Notes: generated by a model from the letters alone, not told the origin. Shown: positions 46,000 to 56,299, numbered from the stretch's first letter. The stretch: DNA of 64,000 nucleotides from an uncultured Victivallis sp. (GCA_944389815.1 CALXNS010000064.1:810-64809); one strand, 5' to 3'. Made by a program: numbers and translations.

Positions 46000-48582
46000 T
46001 CATTTCGTTGCGGCATCCCCGGAACACGACGCCGCCATCCGACCGGCAAAACCGGTCACCAGCGGCGGACGATGAAAATACGGCTGAAGAATCGCATTGA
46101 CCTCTTCGCGCCGGAGGGAGCGCAACTCCTCCTCATGATTCCAGGGCGACTCCGCCTCCTGACCGTAGTGCAACGCCAGCAGCGACGAAAGCAACGCCGC
46201 CGAAACCGATTCACACTGCCGCGCCCCGTGGAAGGCAGCCCCTTCCCGCGCCGCGTCAAATTCTTCGGCATCCAAACCTTCCGTCCCCAGCCGATCCACT
46301 TCCGCGCCGATCAGTCCGAGCGCTTCCGGAGCCTGTTCCGCCGTCGTCCCCGCATAAAAGAGCAACATTCCCGGATGCAGTCCGGCCGACAGCCGCATCC
46401 CGGTCGAATACGCCATCGCATTCTTCTCCCGGACATCCTTGAAGAGCCGTGATGATAAACCATTCTCCGCCTGATAGAGCACTTCAAACGCCGCAAATTC
46501 GCGCCCCTTCATCACCGGTCCCGGCAACGCGGCCACCACCACAGTCTGCTCGCGCGGCAGCTCCAGGGAAAATTCCTCGGCTTCCGCGGGAAATTCCGGC
46601 AATGGCGGGAACGGCACCTTGTCGGAGCGCCATGCGATTTTCCCGCTCAACTCCTCCGCCCACGCGAGCGCTTCGCCCCGATCGCAATCCCCGCCGAATC
46701 CGAAATGCACCTGCTCCGCATTCCAGCGGCCGGCAAAAAATTCCGCCACATCCGCACGAGTGATCCTCTCCAGTTGCTCCATCGTACCGGTCAAGCCCCA
46801 GCCGTAAGGATGCGCGCCGAACAACAATCTCCGCGCCCGATCCGACGCCGCCGCCCGCGGCGACTGCGCCCGGCTCCGGAGCAACTCGCGCCGGTTATCT
46901 TTCTCCCGCTCGAATTCCACCTCGCCGAACGCCGGCGCACTCAACAATTCGCCCACCAGACCGATCACCCGCCGAAAATGCCGGCGCGGCGCCGACAACT
47001 CCAGTATCAATGAATTCAATCCGGCGGAAAAATTCAACTCCGCGCCCCCCGCATCCAGCAGCTGCAACACCTCGCTCTCGCTCCGGCGCCCGGTTCCCGC
47101 CGTCAGAAGATCCGCGGTCAAACCGGAGATTCCCCCCAGCAATGCCGGTTCAAAAATACTTCCGCCCGGCAATACCAGACCGAAATGCACCAGCGGCAAC
47201 CGATGATCCGGAATCGTCACCAGATTCGCTCCCGATTTCAACTCTTCCCGCTCCGGCGTCAATCGTCGATCCGAATGCGACGCGCCTCGCCGATTCCGCC
47301 GGATTCCTCCCGGCGGCACCTGGCGAACCAGAGAAAATCTCTCCTCTTTGAGATACTCCTCGGCCACGCGCACCACATCATCCCGCGTCAGGGAACCGAG
47401 TGTCCGTAGATATTCGTCGTTCAACGCCGGCGCATTGGCGGCAATCACGCCACCACCGATATTCGCCGCAATCTCCTGAATCCCGCTCAACTCCCGCAGA
47501 TGATCCGCCAGCTGCTGGGTTTTCTCCCGTTCGATTTCCGCCCGCGACAATCCACCCCGGCGAATCACTTCCAACTCCCGGCGCAACGCGCGTTCAAGCC
47601 GGTCAAGTCGCTCCGGCGACGTGCCCGCGGTAATGCCGAGCAGCCCGCCCTGCGGCTGCGTGTAACAGAAACTCCGCAGTTGAATGGCCAGCTTTCCCTC
47701 CAGCTCCAGAATCCGTACCAGCCGTGACCCGTCTCCCATCCCGAAAATTCCCGCCAGCACATCCAGCGCCGGAAGATCACGATCCGTCACCGGCGGCACC
47801 CGAAACCCGAGCGCCAACCGCGTCAGGGGATCAGAAAACTCAAATTCGCCGCGCCGGAACAGCGACTGAACGGGTTCCTCCGGCAGCACCGGTTCGGCAA
47901 CATGAGAAATTTTCCAGTCGTCCATCTTTTCGCGGATCAATTCAAATGCCGCTTCCGGCTCCACCGCGCCGACGACCACCCAGAAACAGCGCTGCGGAGT
48001 GTAACGCCGTTCATAATATTCGGTCATCATTCCGCGCGTGACGCCGGCGATCAGTTCCCGGTAACCGATGATCGGATGCCGCAGCGGGCTGACCTTGAAG
48101 ATTTCCCGCATCAGCGATTCGAACAATTGCCGATCGGGATTGTCGCACCCCATGTCGCGTTCGCGCAGAATCACCTCCCGTTCCGACGCGAAGCGCGCCT
48201 CGGGAAATTCCGGCGTGCGCACCATCGCACTCAACACCTCCACCGCAGAGGCCAGATGACGCCCCGAAAGATGTGCGTGATAGACCGTATGACCGTAACT
48301 GGTATACGCATTCATGCTTCCGCCGAGGCGGTCAATCCGATCCGCCGCCGCCGTTCCCGGAAATCCCTCACATCCCTGGAAAAGCATGTGCTCGAGAAAA
48401 TGTGACAACCCGCAACCGAGAAACTCTCCTTCGTGAATACTCCCGCTTTGAATGTAACACTCCACCTCCACCGCGCTTCCCGGCTGCGGAAGCACGAAAA
48501 TACGCACTCCGTTGGCCAGCGTTCTGGAAACCACTCCCGCGTAGAATTTCATTCGCAACGGTCCTCTCCCATGCTCTCTCAA
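46000..48582 (-). CDS. Two-module M16 (pitrilysin/insulinase) zinc peptidase
   Basis: Inverted zinc motif 'HFLEHMLFQG' near the N-terminus. The 860-aa length fits a duplicated M16 active plus inactive unit. Confidence 0.9.
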   Translation of the reverse strand: MREHGRGPLRMKFYAGVVSRTLANGVRIFVLPQPGSAVEVECYIQSGSIHEGEFLGCGLSHFLEHMLFQGCEGFPGTAAADRIDRLGGSMNAYTSYGHTVYHAHLSGRHLASAVEVLSAMVRTPEFPEARFASEREVILRERDMGCDNPDRQLFESLMREIFKVSPLRHPIIGYRELIAGVTRGMMTEYYERRYTPQRCFWVVVGAVEPEAAFELIREKMDDWKISHVAEPVLPEEPVQSLFRRGEFEFSDPLTRLALGFRVPPVTDRDLPALDVLAGIFGMGDGSRLVRILELEGKLAIQLRSFCYTQPQGGLLGITAGTSPERLDRLERALRRELEVIRRGGLSRAEIEREKTQQLADHLRELSGIQEIAANIGGGVIAANAPALNDEYLRTLGSLTRDDVVRVAEEYLKEERFSLVRQVPPGGIRRNRRGASHSDRRLTPEREELKSGANLVTIPDHRLPLVHFGLVLPGGSIFEPALLGGISGLTADLLTAGTGRRSESEVLQLLDAGGAELNFSAGLNSLILELSAPRRHFRRVIGLVGELLSAPAFGEVEFEREKDNRRELLRSRAQSPRAAASDRARRLLFGAHPYGWGLTGTMEQLERITRADVAEFFAGRWNAEQVHFGFGGDCDRGEALAWAEELSGKIAWRSDKVPFPPLPEFPAEAEEFSLELPREQTVVVAALPGPVMKGREFAAFEVLYQAENGLSSRLFKDVREKNAMAYSTGMRLSAGLHPGMLLFYAGTTAEQAPEALGLIGAEVDRLGTEGLDAEEFDAAREGAAFHGARQCESVSAALLSSLLALHYGQEAESPWNHEEELRSLRREEVNAILQPYFHRPPLVTGFAGRMAASCSGDAATK

Positions 48583-48995
48583 TCGATTTTCGGCAGCGTC
48601 TTCGCCGTCGCGGCTGCATTCTCCTCCGCCGCCTGCGGCACGTCATAAAGTGGGAAATCACAATTGAAATCCTCCGGATGATCGTCCGGCGATGCGGCCA
48701 GCAATCCGGCGCCGATCAGCAGATAAACCACCGTGCCCACATCATTCGCACTGCGCAATCCCCAGGAATCGAGCACCTCTCCGGCAAGAACGCCGTACTG
48801 CTGCTTTGCGTAATCCCTTACTCCGGCCAGCAATTCCCGCGCCGAAACATGCCGGTGCGAACCGAGCCGGTCAACCGTGAACGTCACCGCGTCCGCCACG
48901 AAGCGGTAGGCTGCTGCCTCGTATCGCGGCTCCTCATCAATCAGACCGGCGATCTTTTTCTCCATCGTGGCTGTATCCATATTTTCACACTCCAT
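48579..48995 (-). CDS. Small conserved hypothetical protein (possibly the Verrucomicrobia/Planctomycetes 'Minf_1886'-type family)
   Basis: 138-aa ORF coupled by 4-nt overlaps between mlaD and the M16 peptidase. The family assignment is from memory only. Confidence 0.45.
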   Translation of the reverse strand: MECENMDTATMEKKIAGLIDEEPRYEAAAYRFVADAVTFTVDRLGSHRHVSARELLAGVRDYAKQQYGVLAGEVLDSWGLRSANDVGTVVYLLIGAGLLAASPDDHPEDFNCDFPLYDVPQAAEENAAATAKTLPKID

Positions 48996-48998
48996 TCC

Positions 48999-49985
48999 TC
49001 ATTCCGCCACCGGACGCGAACTTTTTCCCCGTACCAGGGAACCGGGATCCTGATTGAGATATTCCACCAGTTCAGTCATCGCATCCAGCGCGCGGTTCAA
49101 TTTAAAGAGCGTCACGCCGAAATTTTCGCTCCCGGCAACCAGCGATGCGGCAGCCTCCCGGAATGCCGCACTGCTCTCCGGAATCTTCGCCTCGCGCGAC
49201 TCCCGCTTCCACTGTTCGCCCAGTTCCCGAATCATCGTCAAATCCGCCTCAAGCAGATCCATCAACCGCTCCAGTCGCTCCTCATTGATCACTCCGGCGA
49301 TCGTCCGGCTGGTCGACTGCAGATCCAGTGCGGCGCCGTTGACCCGTTCGATCATCGACTTCAAGGCCGGATCGGAGAGTAGACCGGACAATTCGCTGAA
49401 ACTCCGCTCCAATCCGTCGGAAATTTCTTCGAAGCGAACCCGCGAAATTCGATCGAGCGACGTCCCGATCGCCTTGAGAATGTCGTGGAACGACGACGGA
49501 ACCGCGGGAATGAACAATTGATCCGCATCGTCATCATCCAGCGGTTTTTCCGGCAGTGCCTGACCCGGCGTCGCGTAATAATCAAAATCGATATACCGCA
49601 ATCCGGTTATTCCGGTATATTCCAGACGGCAACGCATTCCCTTCTCCAGCTCCGACTGGAAGAACCGGTTGAAGTCCGCGATCTGCTGCCGCCGCCCTCC
49701 TTCGTCGACATTTACGAAATGATCGAGGCCGATTTCCATATTGACCTGCACAAGTTGATCGGAAACCCGGATGATGATCTTCGATACCGTCCCGATTGCC
49801 ACTCCGCGGTATTTCACCTCCGATCCCACCGACAGCCCCTGCACAGATTCGGCGAAATAGGTGCAGACCGCCGCCTTGTGCGAGAAAGCATCCGACAACC
49901 CGAGAAAGAACAGCATCCCCAGCAGAAATACCACCCCGCCCAACACAAACAATCCAAGACGGAAATTCCGACCGGCATCTTTCAT
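48999..49985 (-). CDS. MlaD/MCE-domain protein
   Basis: N-terminal TM 'LGLFVLGGVVFLLGMLFF' and MCE core 'GLSVGSEVKYRGVAIGTVSKI'. Confidence 0.85.
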   Translation of the reverse strand: MKDAGRNFRLGLFVLGGVVFLLGMLFFLGLSDAFSHKAAVCTYFAESVQGLSVGSEVKYRGVAIGTVSKIIIRVSDQLVQVNMEIGLDHFVNVDEGGRRQQIADFNRFFQSELEKGMRCRLEYTGITGLRYIDFDYYATPGQALPEKPLDDDDADQLFIPAVPSSFHDILKAIGTSLDRISRVRFEEISDGLERSFSELSGLLSDPALKSMIERVNGAALDLQSTSRTIAGVINEERLERLMDLLEADLTMIRELGEQWKRESREAKIPESSAAFREAAASLVAGSENFGVTLFKLNRALDAMTELVEYLNQDPGSLVRGKSSRPVAE

Positions 49986-50803
49986 TTTTCCTCCGCCTCC
50001 GTCCTTTGGCTTTTCTCCCGACGACGCTCAGCACCGCGAAAACCGCCGCGATTCAGAAAGGCGCGCACCCACGCGTTCTCCGAATGTTCGCGCAATTCAA
50101 AGGGATCTCCTTCCGCCGCAATTGAACGGCTCTTCTTATCAAGCATCACCACCCGGTCGGCAATCGTGAACACGCTGTCGAGTTCATGCGTCACAACCAC
50201 CACCGTCGCTCCGTACTGGTCGCGCATCCGCAGAATCAATTGATCCAGTTCCGCCGACGTAATCGGATCGAGTCCCGCCGACGGTTCGTCGAAGAACAGC
50301 AGTCGCGGATTGAGCGCCATCGCCCGGGCCAGTCCGGCGCGTTTGCGCATGCCGCCGGAAAGTTCCGCGGGCATGTAACTTTCCAACCCCTCCAACCCGA
50401 CGAGCTTGAGTTTCTCTGCGACCACCGCGGCAATCTCGGCCCGGCTCATTTGCGTGTACTCCTCCAGCGGCAGCGCCACGTTCTCTCCGAGCGTCATCGA
50501 GCCGAAAAGCGCACCTCCCTGATACGTCACGCCGAAGTGGCGCATCAGTTCCTGTTTCTCCTCCTCGTCGGCACGAACAATGCTGCGGCCGAAAATTTCA
50601 ATATCTCCGGCCATCGGCTCATACAATCCAATGATATGTTTGAGCAGCGTGCTCTTGCCGCATCCCGAACCGCCCATGATGCAGAAAATCTCACCCGGTC
50701 GCACGTCGAATGAAATGTCTTGAAGCAATACTTTCTCCGTTCCGTAACCGACCGTCAGATTCCGCACGGAAATATCAGGAGTCTTCCCGCTCTGCTGAAC
50801 CAT
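49982..50803 (-). CDS. ABC transporter ATP-binding protein (MlaF-type)
   Basis: Walker A 'GGSGCGKST', signature 'LSGGMRKR' and 'LLFFDEPSAGLDP'. ATG 50803 avoids overlap with the permease gene. Confidence 0.9.
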   Translation of the reverse strand: MVQQSGKTPDISVRNLTVGYGTEKVLLQDISFDVRPGEIFCIMGGSGCGKSTLLKHIIGLYEPMAGDIEIFGRSIVRADEEEKQELMRHFGVTYQGGALFGSMTLGENVALPLEEYTQMSRAEIAAVVAEKLKLVGLEGLESYMPAELSGGMRKRAGLARAMALNPRLLFFDEPSAGLDPITSAELDQLILRMRDQYGATVVVVTHELDSVFTIADRVVMLDKKSRSIAAEGDPFELREHSENAWVRAFLNRGGFRGAERRREKSQRTEAEEK

Positions 50804-50816
50804 TCTTCCCTCCGCC

Positions 50817-51593
50817 TCAATATCCGATGAAGGAATACAATATCGCAATGACCGCATCGGCGATCACCACCAGAAATATCGAACTAACTACCGCGCTGGT
50901 CGCCGCACGCCCCACACCCTGCGCATCCGCCGAGGAACGAAATCCGCAATAACAGCCCGCCAGCGTAATCAGCACCGCAAATACCATGCTCTTGACCACC
51001 CCCAGCAGAAACGTTACCGAATCAAGCACTTCCATCGTTCTTGAACAATACGCCGCCATCGGAAGATCCAATACCGTCACGCCGACCGTCAGCCCCCCGA
51101 CGATCCCGGCAAAATCACCGAACACCGTCAAAACCGGCAGAGCAATCAGCATCGAGAGCATCTTCGGCAGCACCAGATAGGCGGCAGGCGAAATCCCCAT
51201 CGTCTCCAGCGCGCTGATCTCTTCATCAACCTTCATCGTGCCGATCTCCGCCGCGAACGCCGAACCGGCCCGCCCGGTGGCGATCATCGCCACCATCAAC
51301 GGTCCGAATTCCTTGAGCACGGAAAACCCGACCAGATCCACCACGAAGATCTCCGTTCCCACCTTGCGCATCTGCAACGCCGCCTGAAACCCGAGCACCA
51401 GCCCCATCAGATAACAGATCGCCAGCACGATCGGCAGCGAGCGCGCCCCGCAGAGGTCCAGATAATAAAGAAATTCTCGGCGACGCAATCCACGCCGATG
51501 AAACAAATGCGGAAAGACGCCGGCAACACGCCCGATAAACACCACTGGCTCCCGAAACGTTTCCACGACTTCCCGCATGCCGATCATTTTCAA
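50817..51593 (-). CDS. MlaE-family ABC transporter permease
   Basis: 258 aa, polytopic, with 'ATGRAGSAFAAEIGTMKVDEEISALETMGI' characteristic of MlaE/YrbE. Confidence 0.9.
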   Translation of the reverse strand: MKMIGMREVVETFREPVVFIGRVAGVFPHLFHRRGLRRREFLYYLDLCGARSLPIVLAICYLMGLVLGFQAALQMRKVGTEIFVVDLVGFSVLKEFGPLMVAMIATGRAGSAFAAEIGTMKVDEEISALETMGISPAAYLVLPKMLSMLIALPVLTVFGDFAGIVGGLTVGVTVLDLPMAAYCSRTMEVLDSVTFLLGVVKSMVFAVLITLAGCYCGFRSSADAQGVGRAATSAVVSSIFLVVIADAVIAILYSFIGY

Positions 51594-51677
51594 ACCAGCC
51601 TCCCGCCGTTGTTCTCCGCCGTCTTAATTTATTCTCCCGCCGCCGCTCCATCTCCCGCCCGGAAATGGCCTTCCCCG

Positions 51678-52490
51678 TCAGAACATCCGGAACTGCTGCC
51701 GCGTCTGGCGCTGCTGCTGAACCTTCACCTTCGGTTCCTCCAGATACAGCGAATACCAGACATCGCCGAGGTTGGCGTTGCTGAAATGCTTCTCCTTGCC
51801 GTTGACCAGACGGGCGTGATTTTCAAGCAGCGTCGGATTGTCCGAAGATTTCCTTGCATCAACCAGCGCGGCCAGCGCCTTCTCCTTTTCGCCGCACTTC
51901 AACTTCATCCACGCGTAGGTCAACGCGGCAAGCGCGCCGTCCTCGCCCTTGAGCCGCGCGCACTTCTTCAGGTAGAACCGATCCAGTCCGGGGTCGTTCC
52001 GCCGGTAAAGCCGCACCAGCTTGATGAGCAGCGAACGCGAATCCGCCAGCAGGCATTTCGGCAGCAGCGCATCGACCTTGTCGAAGTCGCGCAACTGAAA
52101 ATAAAGCTGCATACGCATCGTATTAACCTGCTTTTTCAGCAGCCAGTTCCATTTGTAGAACTTCTCGAACTGTCCGGTCGCCTCCAGCGTTTTCATGACG
52201 GCGTCATGCTGAATATTCTCCAGCGTCTGCTGCATCATGCGCACATTGCCGTTCGGACGCTGCTGAAAAACCGTCATCTGCCGGTTGATCTTCACTTGTG
52301 CCGCGCGCATGATCTCTTCCAGATTGCGGTTGACCACCGCGACCTTTTTCCGAATCAGAAGCGCGATCACCACCTGTGCGATGAGAAATACGCCAACCCC
52401 GCAGACCACACCCCAGACCGGCCCCAGGTCGCGACTGGTCACGTACCATATCGGAAGACCGATCACAAACGATATCAGCATCGAAAGCAT
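51678..52490 (-). CDS. Membrane-anchored helical (TPR-like) hypothetical protein
   Basis: Two N-terminal TM helices followed by an alpha-helical soluble region. No motif recognised. Confidence 0.55.
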   Translation of the reverse strand: MLSMLISFVIGLPIWYVTSRDLGPVWGVVCGVGVFLIAQVVIALLIRKKVAVVNRNLEEIMRAAQVKINRQMTVFQQRPNGNVRMMQQTLENIQHDAVMKTLEATGQFEKFYKWNWLLKKQVNTMRMQLYFQLRDFDKVDALLPKCLLADSRSLLIKLVRLYRRNDPGLDRFYLKKCARLKGEDGALAALTYAWMKLKCGEKEKALAALVDARKSSDNPTLLENHARLVNGKEKHFSNANLGDVWYSLYLEEPKVKVQQQRQTRQQFRMF

Positions 52491-52516
52491 CTTACAACTC
52501 CATCCTCACTCTTCGG

Positions 52517-53971
52517 TTATTTCCGGCGCCGACGCTGTTTGGCGCGTTCCTTTTTCGCCAGTTTCGCCAGACGCTTCTTATGCTCCTGTTCCTTCTTCGA
52601 GATCGGAGCCGGACCGCCGAGCAACCCGCCGAAGGTGCCCGGCGCCGCATTTTCCGGCAGTGGAGCGCCCGACATCAGACGCCCGAGCATACCGTTGTGT
52701 TTCATCATCTTGCGCATGGTTTCAAACTGTTTGACCAGATTGCTCACCAGTTCGACCGGCACCCCGGCGCCGCGGGCGATACGCTTCTTGCGCGAGAAAT
52801 CCATCAGATCCGGATTCGCGCGTTCCGCCTTGGTCATCGACAGAATGACCGCCTCCATACGCGCAAAGTGTTTCGGATCGACTCCGGAGAGCATGCCGCT
52901 CAACTGCCGCCCGCCGGGGAGAAATTTCAAAATGCTCTCCATGCCGCCGAGTTTGGAAATCTGCCGCAGCTGCGACAGAAAATCATCGTAGTCGAACTGG
53001 TTCTTGCGCAACTTCTCCTGAAGTTTCTTCGCTTCAGCTTCATCGATCTCCGCCGCCGCCTTCTCCACAAGGGAGACCACGTCGCCCATTCCGAGAATGC
53101 GTCCGGCCATGCGCTCCGGATAAAACACCTCCAGCGCATCGAGCTTTTCGCCCATACCGATGAATTTCACCGGACAGCCGGTCACCTTGCGGATCGAAAG
53201 CGCCGCACCGCCGCGCGCATCGCCGTCGAGTTTGGTCAGAATGAATCCGGTCAGGTCCAGCGCCTTGTGGAAATGTTCCGCTACGGAAACCGCCTCCTGA
53301 CCGAGCGCCGCGTCCGCCACCAGAAGCACTTCATCCGGATGAACCGCCTGCCGGATCCGCACCAGTTCCTGAACCATGCTCTCGTCGATCTGCAGCCGCC
53401 CCGCGGTGTCGATGATCACCACGTCGACATTCTGGCGCGCCGCCTGTTCCACGGCATTCATCGCGATCGCCGCCACGTTGACGCTGGTGCGTTCGGCGTG
53501 AACCGGCACATTGATCTCACGGCCGATGATTTCGAGCTGATCGATCGCGGCGGGCCGGTAAACGTCGCCCGCCACCAGCAGCACCTTCTTGCCGTCCCGG
53601 CGCAGTTTCAAGGCGAGTTTTCCGCTGGTGGTCGTTTTGCCGCTGCCGTGCAGACCGGCGACCATGATTACCGACGGGTGCGACACCAGATTCAATTCGG
53701 ACGCGCCGCCGCCGAGCAGTTCGACAAGTTTGTCGTGAACGATTTTGACCACCTGCTGCCCCGGCGTAACGCTCCGGACAACGTCCTGCCCGATGCATTC
53801 GCTGCGCACCGCTTCGATGAATTCGGTCGCAATTTGCAAATTGACGTCCGCATCGAGCAGCGCCAGCCGGATCTCCCGCATCGCATCGGCGATGTTGCCT
53901 TCGGTGAGGGTGCTCTGTCCGCGCAATTTGCGAAATACGTCGTGAAGCTTGTCACTCAGAGATTCAAACAT
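52517..53971 (-). CDS. ffh: Signal recognition particle protein
   Basis: 'MFESLSDKLHDVFRKLRG', 'GLHGSGKTTT', 'DTAGRL' and an M-domain with a basic tail. Confidence 0.95.
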   Translation of the reverse strand: MFESLSDKLHDVFRKLRGQSTLTEGNIADAMREIRLALLDADVNLQIATEFIEAVRSECIGQDVVRSVTPGQQVVKIVHDKLVELLGGGASELNLVSHPSVIMVAGLHGSGKTTTSGKLALKLRRDGKKVLLVAGDVYRPAAIDQLEIIGREINVPVHAERTSVNVAAIAMNAVEQAARQNVDVVIIDTAGRLQIDESMVQELVRIRQAVHPDEVLLVADAALGQEAVSVAEHFHKALDLTGFILTKLDGDARGGAALSIRKVTGCPVKFIGMGEKLDALEVFYPERMAGRILGMGDVVSLVEKAAAEIDEAEAKKLQEKLRKNQFDYDDFLSQLRQISKLGGMESILKFLPGGRQLSGMLSGVDPKHFARMEAVILSMTKAERANPDLMDFSRKKRIARGAGVPVELVSNLVKQFETMRKMMKHNGMLGRLMSGAPLPENAAPGTFGGLLGGPAPISKKEQEHKKRLAKLAKKERAKQRRRRK

Positions 53972-54021
53972 ACTGAGATTTATCCTTTATTTTACCTTAT
54001 TAAAACAAAACATAACATTTT

Positions 54022-54050
54022 AATATATCGTCCCGAAAGCGTAACTTCAA
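54022..54050 (-). promoter_or_regulatory. Sigma70-like promoter candidate for ffh
   Basis: On the minus strand TTGAAG-N17-TATATT, about 50 nt upstream of ATG 53971. Confidence 0.4.
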
Positions 54051-54165
54051 GAGCCTGCAACAACGTTCCCGCGATATTTCCGGAATGTTTGATTGCTTTT
54101 TTCCGCCCGCATGGTAAATTAAGCACCGGACTCTTAACACCAATCAACCATAATCGAGGTTCATC

Positions 54166-55851
54166 ATGCGAAGCGACATCATGAAGAAGGGCCCGGAACG
54201 GGCACCGCACCGCGGCCTGATGCGGGCAACCGGCATCAAACGTGAAGATATCGATAAGCCGTTCATCGGCGTCTGCAATTCCTACACCAACATCGTCCCC
54301 GGCCACTGTCATCTCCGGGAGGTCGGCCGCATCGTCTGCGACGCGATCCGGGAAGCCGGCGGCGTTCCCTATGAATTCAACACCATCGCCGTCTGCGACG
54401 GAATCGCCATGGGCCACAGCGGCATGAAATATTCCCTCGCCAGCCGCGAAATCATCGCCGACAGCGTCGAAACCATGGGAACCGCGCACCCCTTCGACGC
54501 CATGATCTGCATTCCGAACTGCGACAAAGTGGTTCCCGGCATGCTGATGGGCGCGATGCGGCTCAACATTCCGACCATCTTCGCCTCGGGCGGCCCGATG
54601 CGTTCGGGAGAGCCGCGCACCGCAGGCGGCAGCCGTACTGACCTCATCACCATTTTCGAGGGGGTCGCCGCCAACCGCATCGGAAAAATGAGTGATGCGG
54701 AACTTCAGGATCTGGAGTGCACCGCCTGCCCGGGACCCGGTTCCTGTTCGGGGATGTTCACCGCCAACAGCATGAACTGTCTCTGCGAAGCGCTCGGCAT
54801 CGCCCTTCCCGGCAACGGAACCATCGCCGCAGATTCGCCGGAACGAATCGAATTCTGGAAGAAGGCCGCCCGGCGCGCCGTCGAACTCGCGAAAATGGAA
54901 AACCCGCCGCGGGCACGGGATTTCGCCACGCCCAGAGCATTCCAGAACGCACTGGTGCTCGACATGGCCATGGGCGGCTCCTCCAATACCGTGCTGCACA
55001 CGCTGGCCATCGCCAACGAAGCCGGCGTCCCGTTGAGCTTGAAGAAACTTGATGAGATTTCGGCGGCCACTCCGAACATCTGCAAACTTGCGCCATCGGT
55101 CTCCTATCACATCGTCGAAGACTGCCACCGGGTCGGTGGCATCATGGCGATCCTCAAGGAGATCAGCAAGGTTCCGGGACTGATCGACGGTTCCGCGCCG
55201 ACGGTCTCCGGCAAGACGCTTGCCGAACAATATTCCGCCGCCCCGGATCCGGACGGCACGATCATCCGCCCGCTCGCAAACGCCTACAGCGCCAAAGGCG
55301 GTCTGGCGATCCTCTTCGGCAATCTCGCAGAGAAGGGATGTGTGGTTAAGGCTGCCGGCGTCGCCGAATCGATGCTGACCCATCGCGGACCTGCGGTGAT
55401 CTTCGACAGTGAGGAAGAGGCCGGAGAAGGCATTCTCGCCGGCAAGGTCAAACCCGGCGACGTCGTCGTCATCCGTTATGAAGGACCCAAAGGCGGTCCC
55501 GGCATGCAGGAGATGCTTGCGCCGACGAGTTACATCATGGGGCGCGGCCTCGGCGAGAGCGTTGCGCTGATTACCGACGGACGCTTTTCCGGCGGCACCC
55601 GCGGCGCCTGCATCGGGCACGTCAGCCCGGAAGCGGCGGCGGGCGGCTTGATCGGGCTGGTCGAACCCGGCGACATCATCGCGATCGACATTCCGAATCG
55701 CACCATTACGCTCGAAGTGCCGGATGCGGAAATCGCCCGGCGGCGCGCCAACTGGAAGCCGCGCGAACCGAAGATCAAAACCGGCTATCTCGCGCGTTAC
55801 GCCGCGATGGCCACCAGCGCGGATACCGGCGGCGTTTTGAAGGTCAACTAA
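54166..55851 (+). CDS. ilvD: Dihydroxy-acid dehydratase
   Basis: '[19 protein letters not shown]', 'CDGIAMGH', '[13 protein letters not shown]' and '[14 protein letters not shown]'. Confidence 0.95.
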   Translation: MRSDIMKKGPERAPHRGLMRATGIKREDIDKPFIGVCNSYTNIVPGHCHLREVGRIVCDAIREAGGVPYEFNTIAVCDGIAMGHSGMKYSLASREIIADSVETMGTAHPFDAMICIPNCDKVVPGMLMGAMRLNIPTIFASGGPMRSGEPRTAGGSRTDLITIFEGVAANRIGKMSDAELQDLECTACPGPGSCSGMFTANSMNCLCEALGIALPGNGTIAADSPERIEFWKKAARRAVELAKMENPPRARDFATPRAFQNALVLDMAMGGSSNTVLHTLAIANEAGVPLSLKKLDEISAATPNICKLAPSVSYHIVEDCHRVGGIMAILKEISKVPGLIDGSAPTVSGKTLAEQYSAAPDPDGTIIRPLANAYSAKGGLAILFGNLAEKGCVVKAAGVAESMLTHRGPAVIFDSEEEAGEGILAGKVKPGDVVVIRYEGPKGGPGMQEMLAPTSYIMGRGLGESVALITDGRFSGGTRGACIGHVSPEAAAGGLIGLVEPGDIIAIDIPNRTITLEVPDAEIARRRANWKPREPKIKTGYLARYAAMATSADTGGVLKVN

Positions 55852-55926
55852 GTTCCGGAAATCCGACAGGATCCTCCGGACATGCCGGACACTGGCCGGG
55901 GGCATTTCTTCCGTTCTTCTCCCCGC

Positions 55927-55954
55927 TTGAAAATTTCAGAATTTACAGTATAGT
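55927..55954 (+). promoter_or_regulatory. Sigma70-like promoter candidate for the Cys/His-rich small protein gene
   Basis: TTGAAA-N16-TATAGT. Confidence 0.4.
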
Positions 55955-55996
55955 ATTATATTACAAACATTTATATCGAACATGAGGTTGGACGAT

Positions 55997-56299
55997 ATGA
56001 AAAAAATTCTGTACCTTTCGCTTTTCTCCGGCTCGGTTCTTCTCCTTGCCGCATCCGCGGCATGGGCCGGCGGTTACATCTGTCCGTCCCCGGCGGCGGA
56101 GCGTGTCGGCAACTGCGACGTCTGCCGCGCGGCATTCGATTCCTGCGACCGCGTCGCCGTCTGCCAGACCTGCCATGCGGAATACCACTGCAATGACACC
56201 AGCTGGAATTGTGACGACAGCCACTACTCTCATCACGCCGCGAAACGGCACTGCCGGGAACGCGGTCACATGGGACATGGGCGACGCTATTGCCGTTAA
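55997..56299 (+). CDS. Small secreted Cys/His-rich protein
   Basis: Signal peptide 'MKKILYLSLFSGSVLLLAASAAWA'. The mature part is about 76 aa with 10 Cys and a His-rich tail ('SHYSHHAAKRHCRERGHMGHG'). Alternative upstream start at 55982. Confidence 0.55.
   Translation: MKKILYLSLFSGSVLLLAASAAWAGGYICPSPAAERVGNCDVCRAAFDSCDRVAVCQTCHAEYHCNDTSWNCDDSHYSHHAAKRHCRERGHMGHGRRYCR

Noticed and set aside
45385-46452. 355-aa + strand ORF
   Set aside because: Antisense to the isochorismatase-family and M16 peptidase genes.
48273-49382. 369-aa + strand ORF
   Set aside because: Antisense to the M16 peptidase, the 138-aa ORF and mlaD.
51498-55905. 497-aa and 534-aa + strand ORFs and a 637-aa minus-strand ORF
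   Set aside because: They are antisense to the 270-aa membrane protein and ffh, and to ilvD, respectively. The conserved partners define the coding strand.
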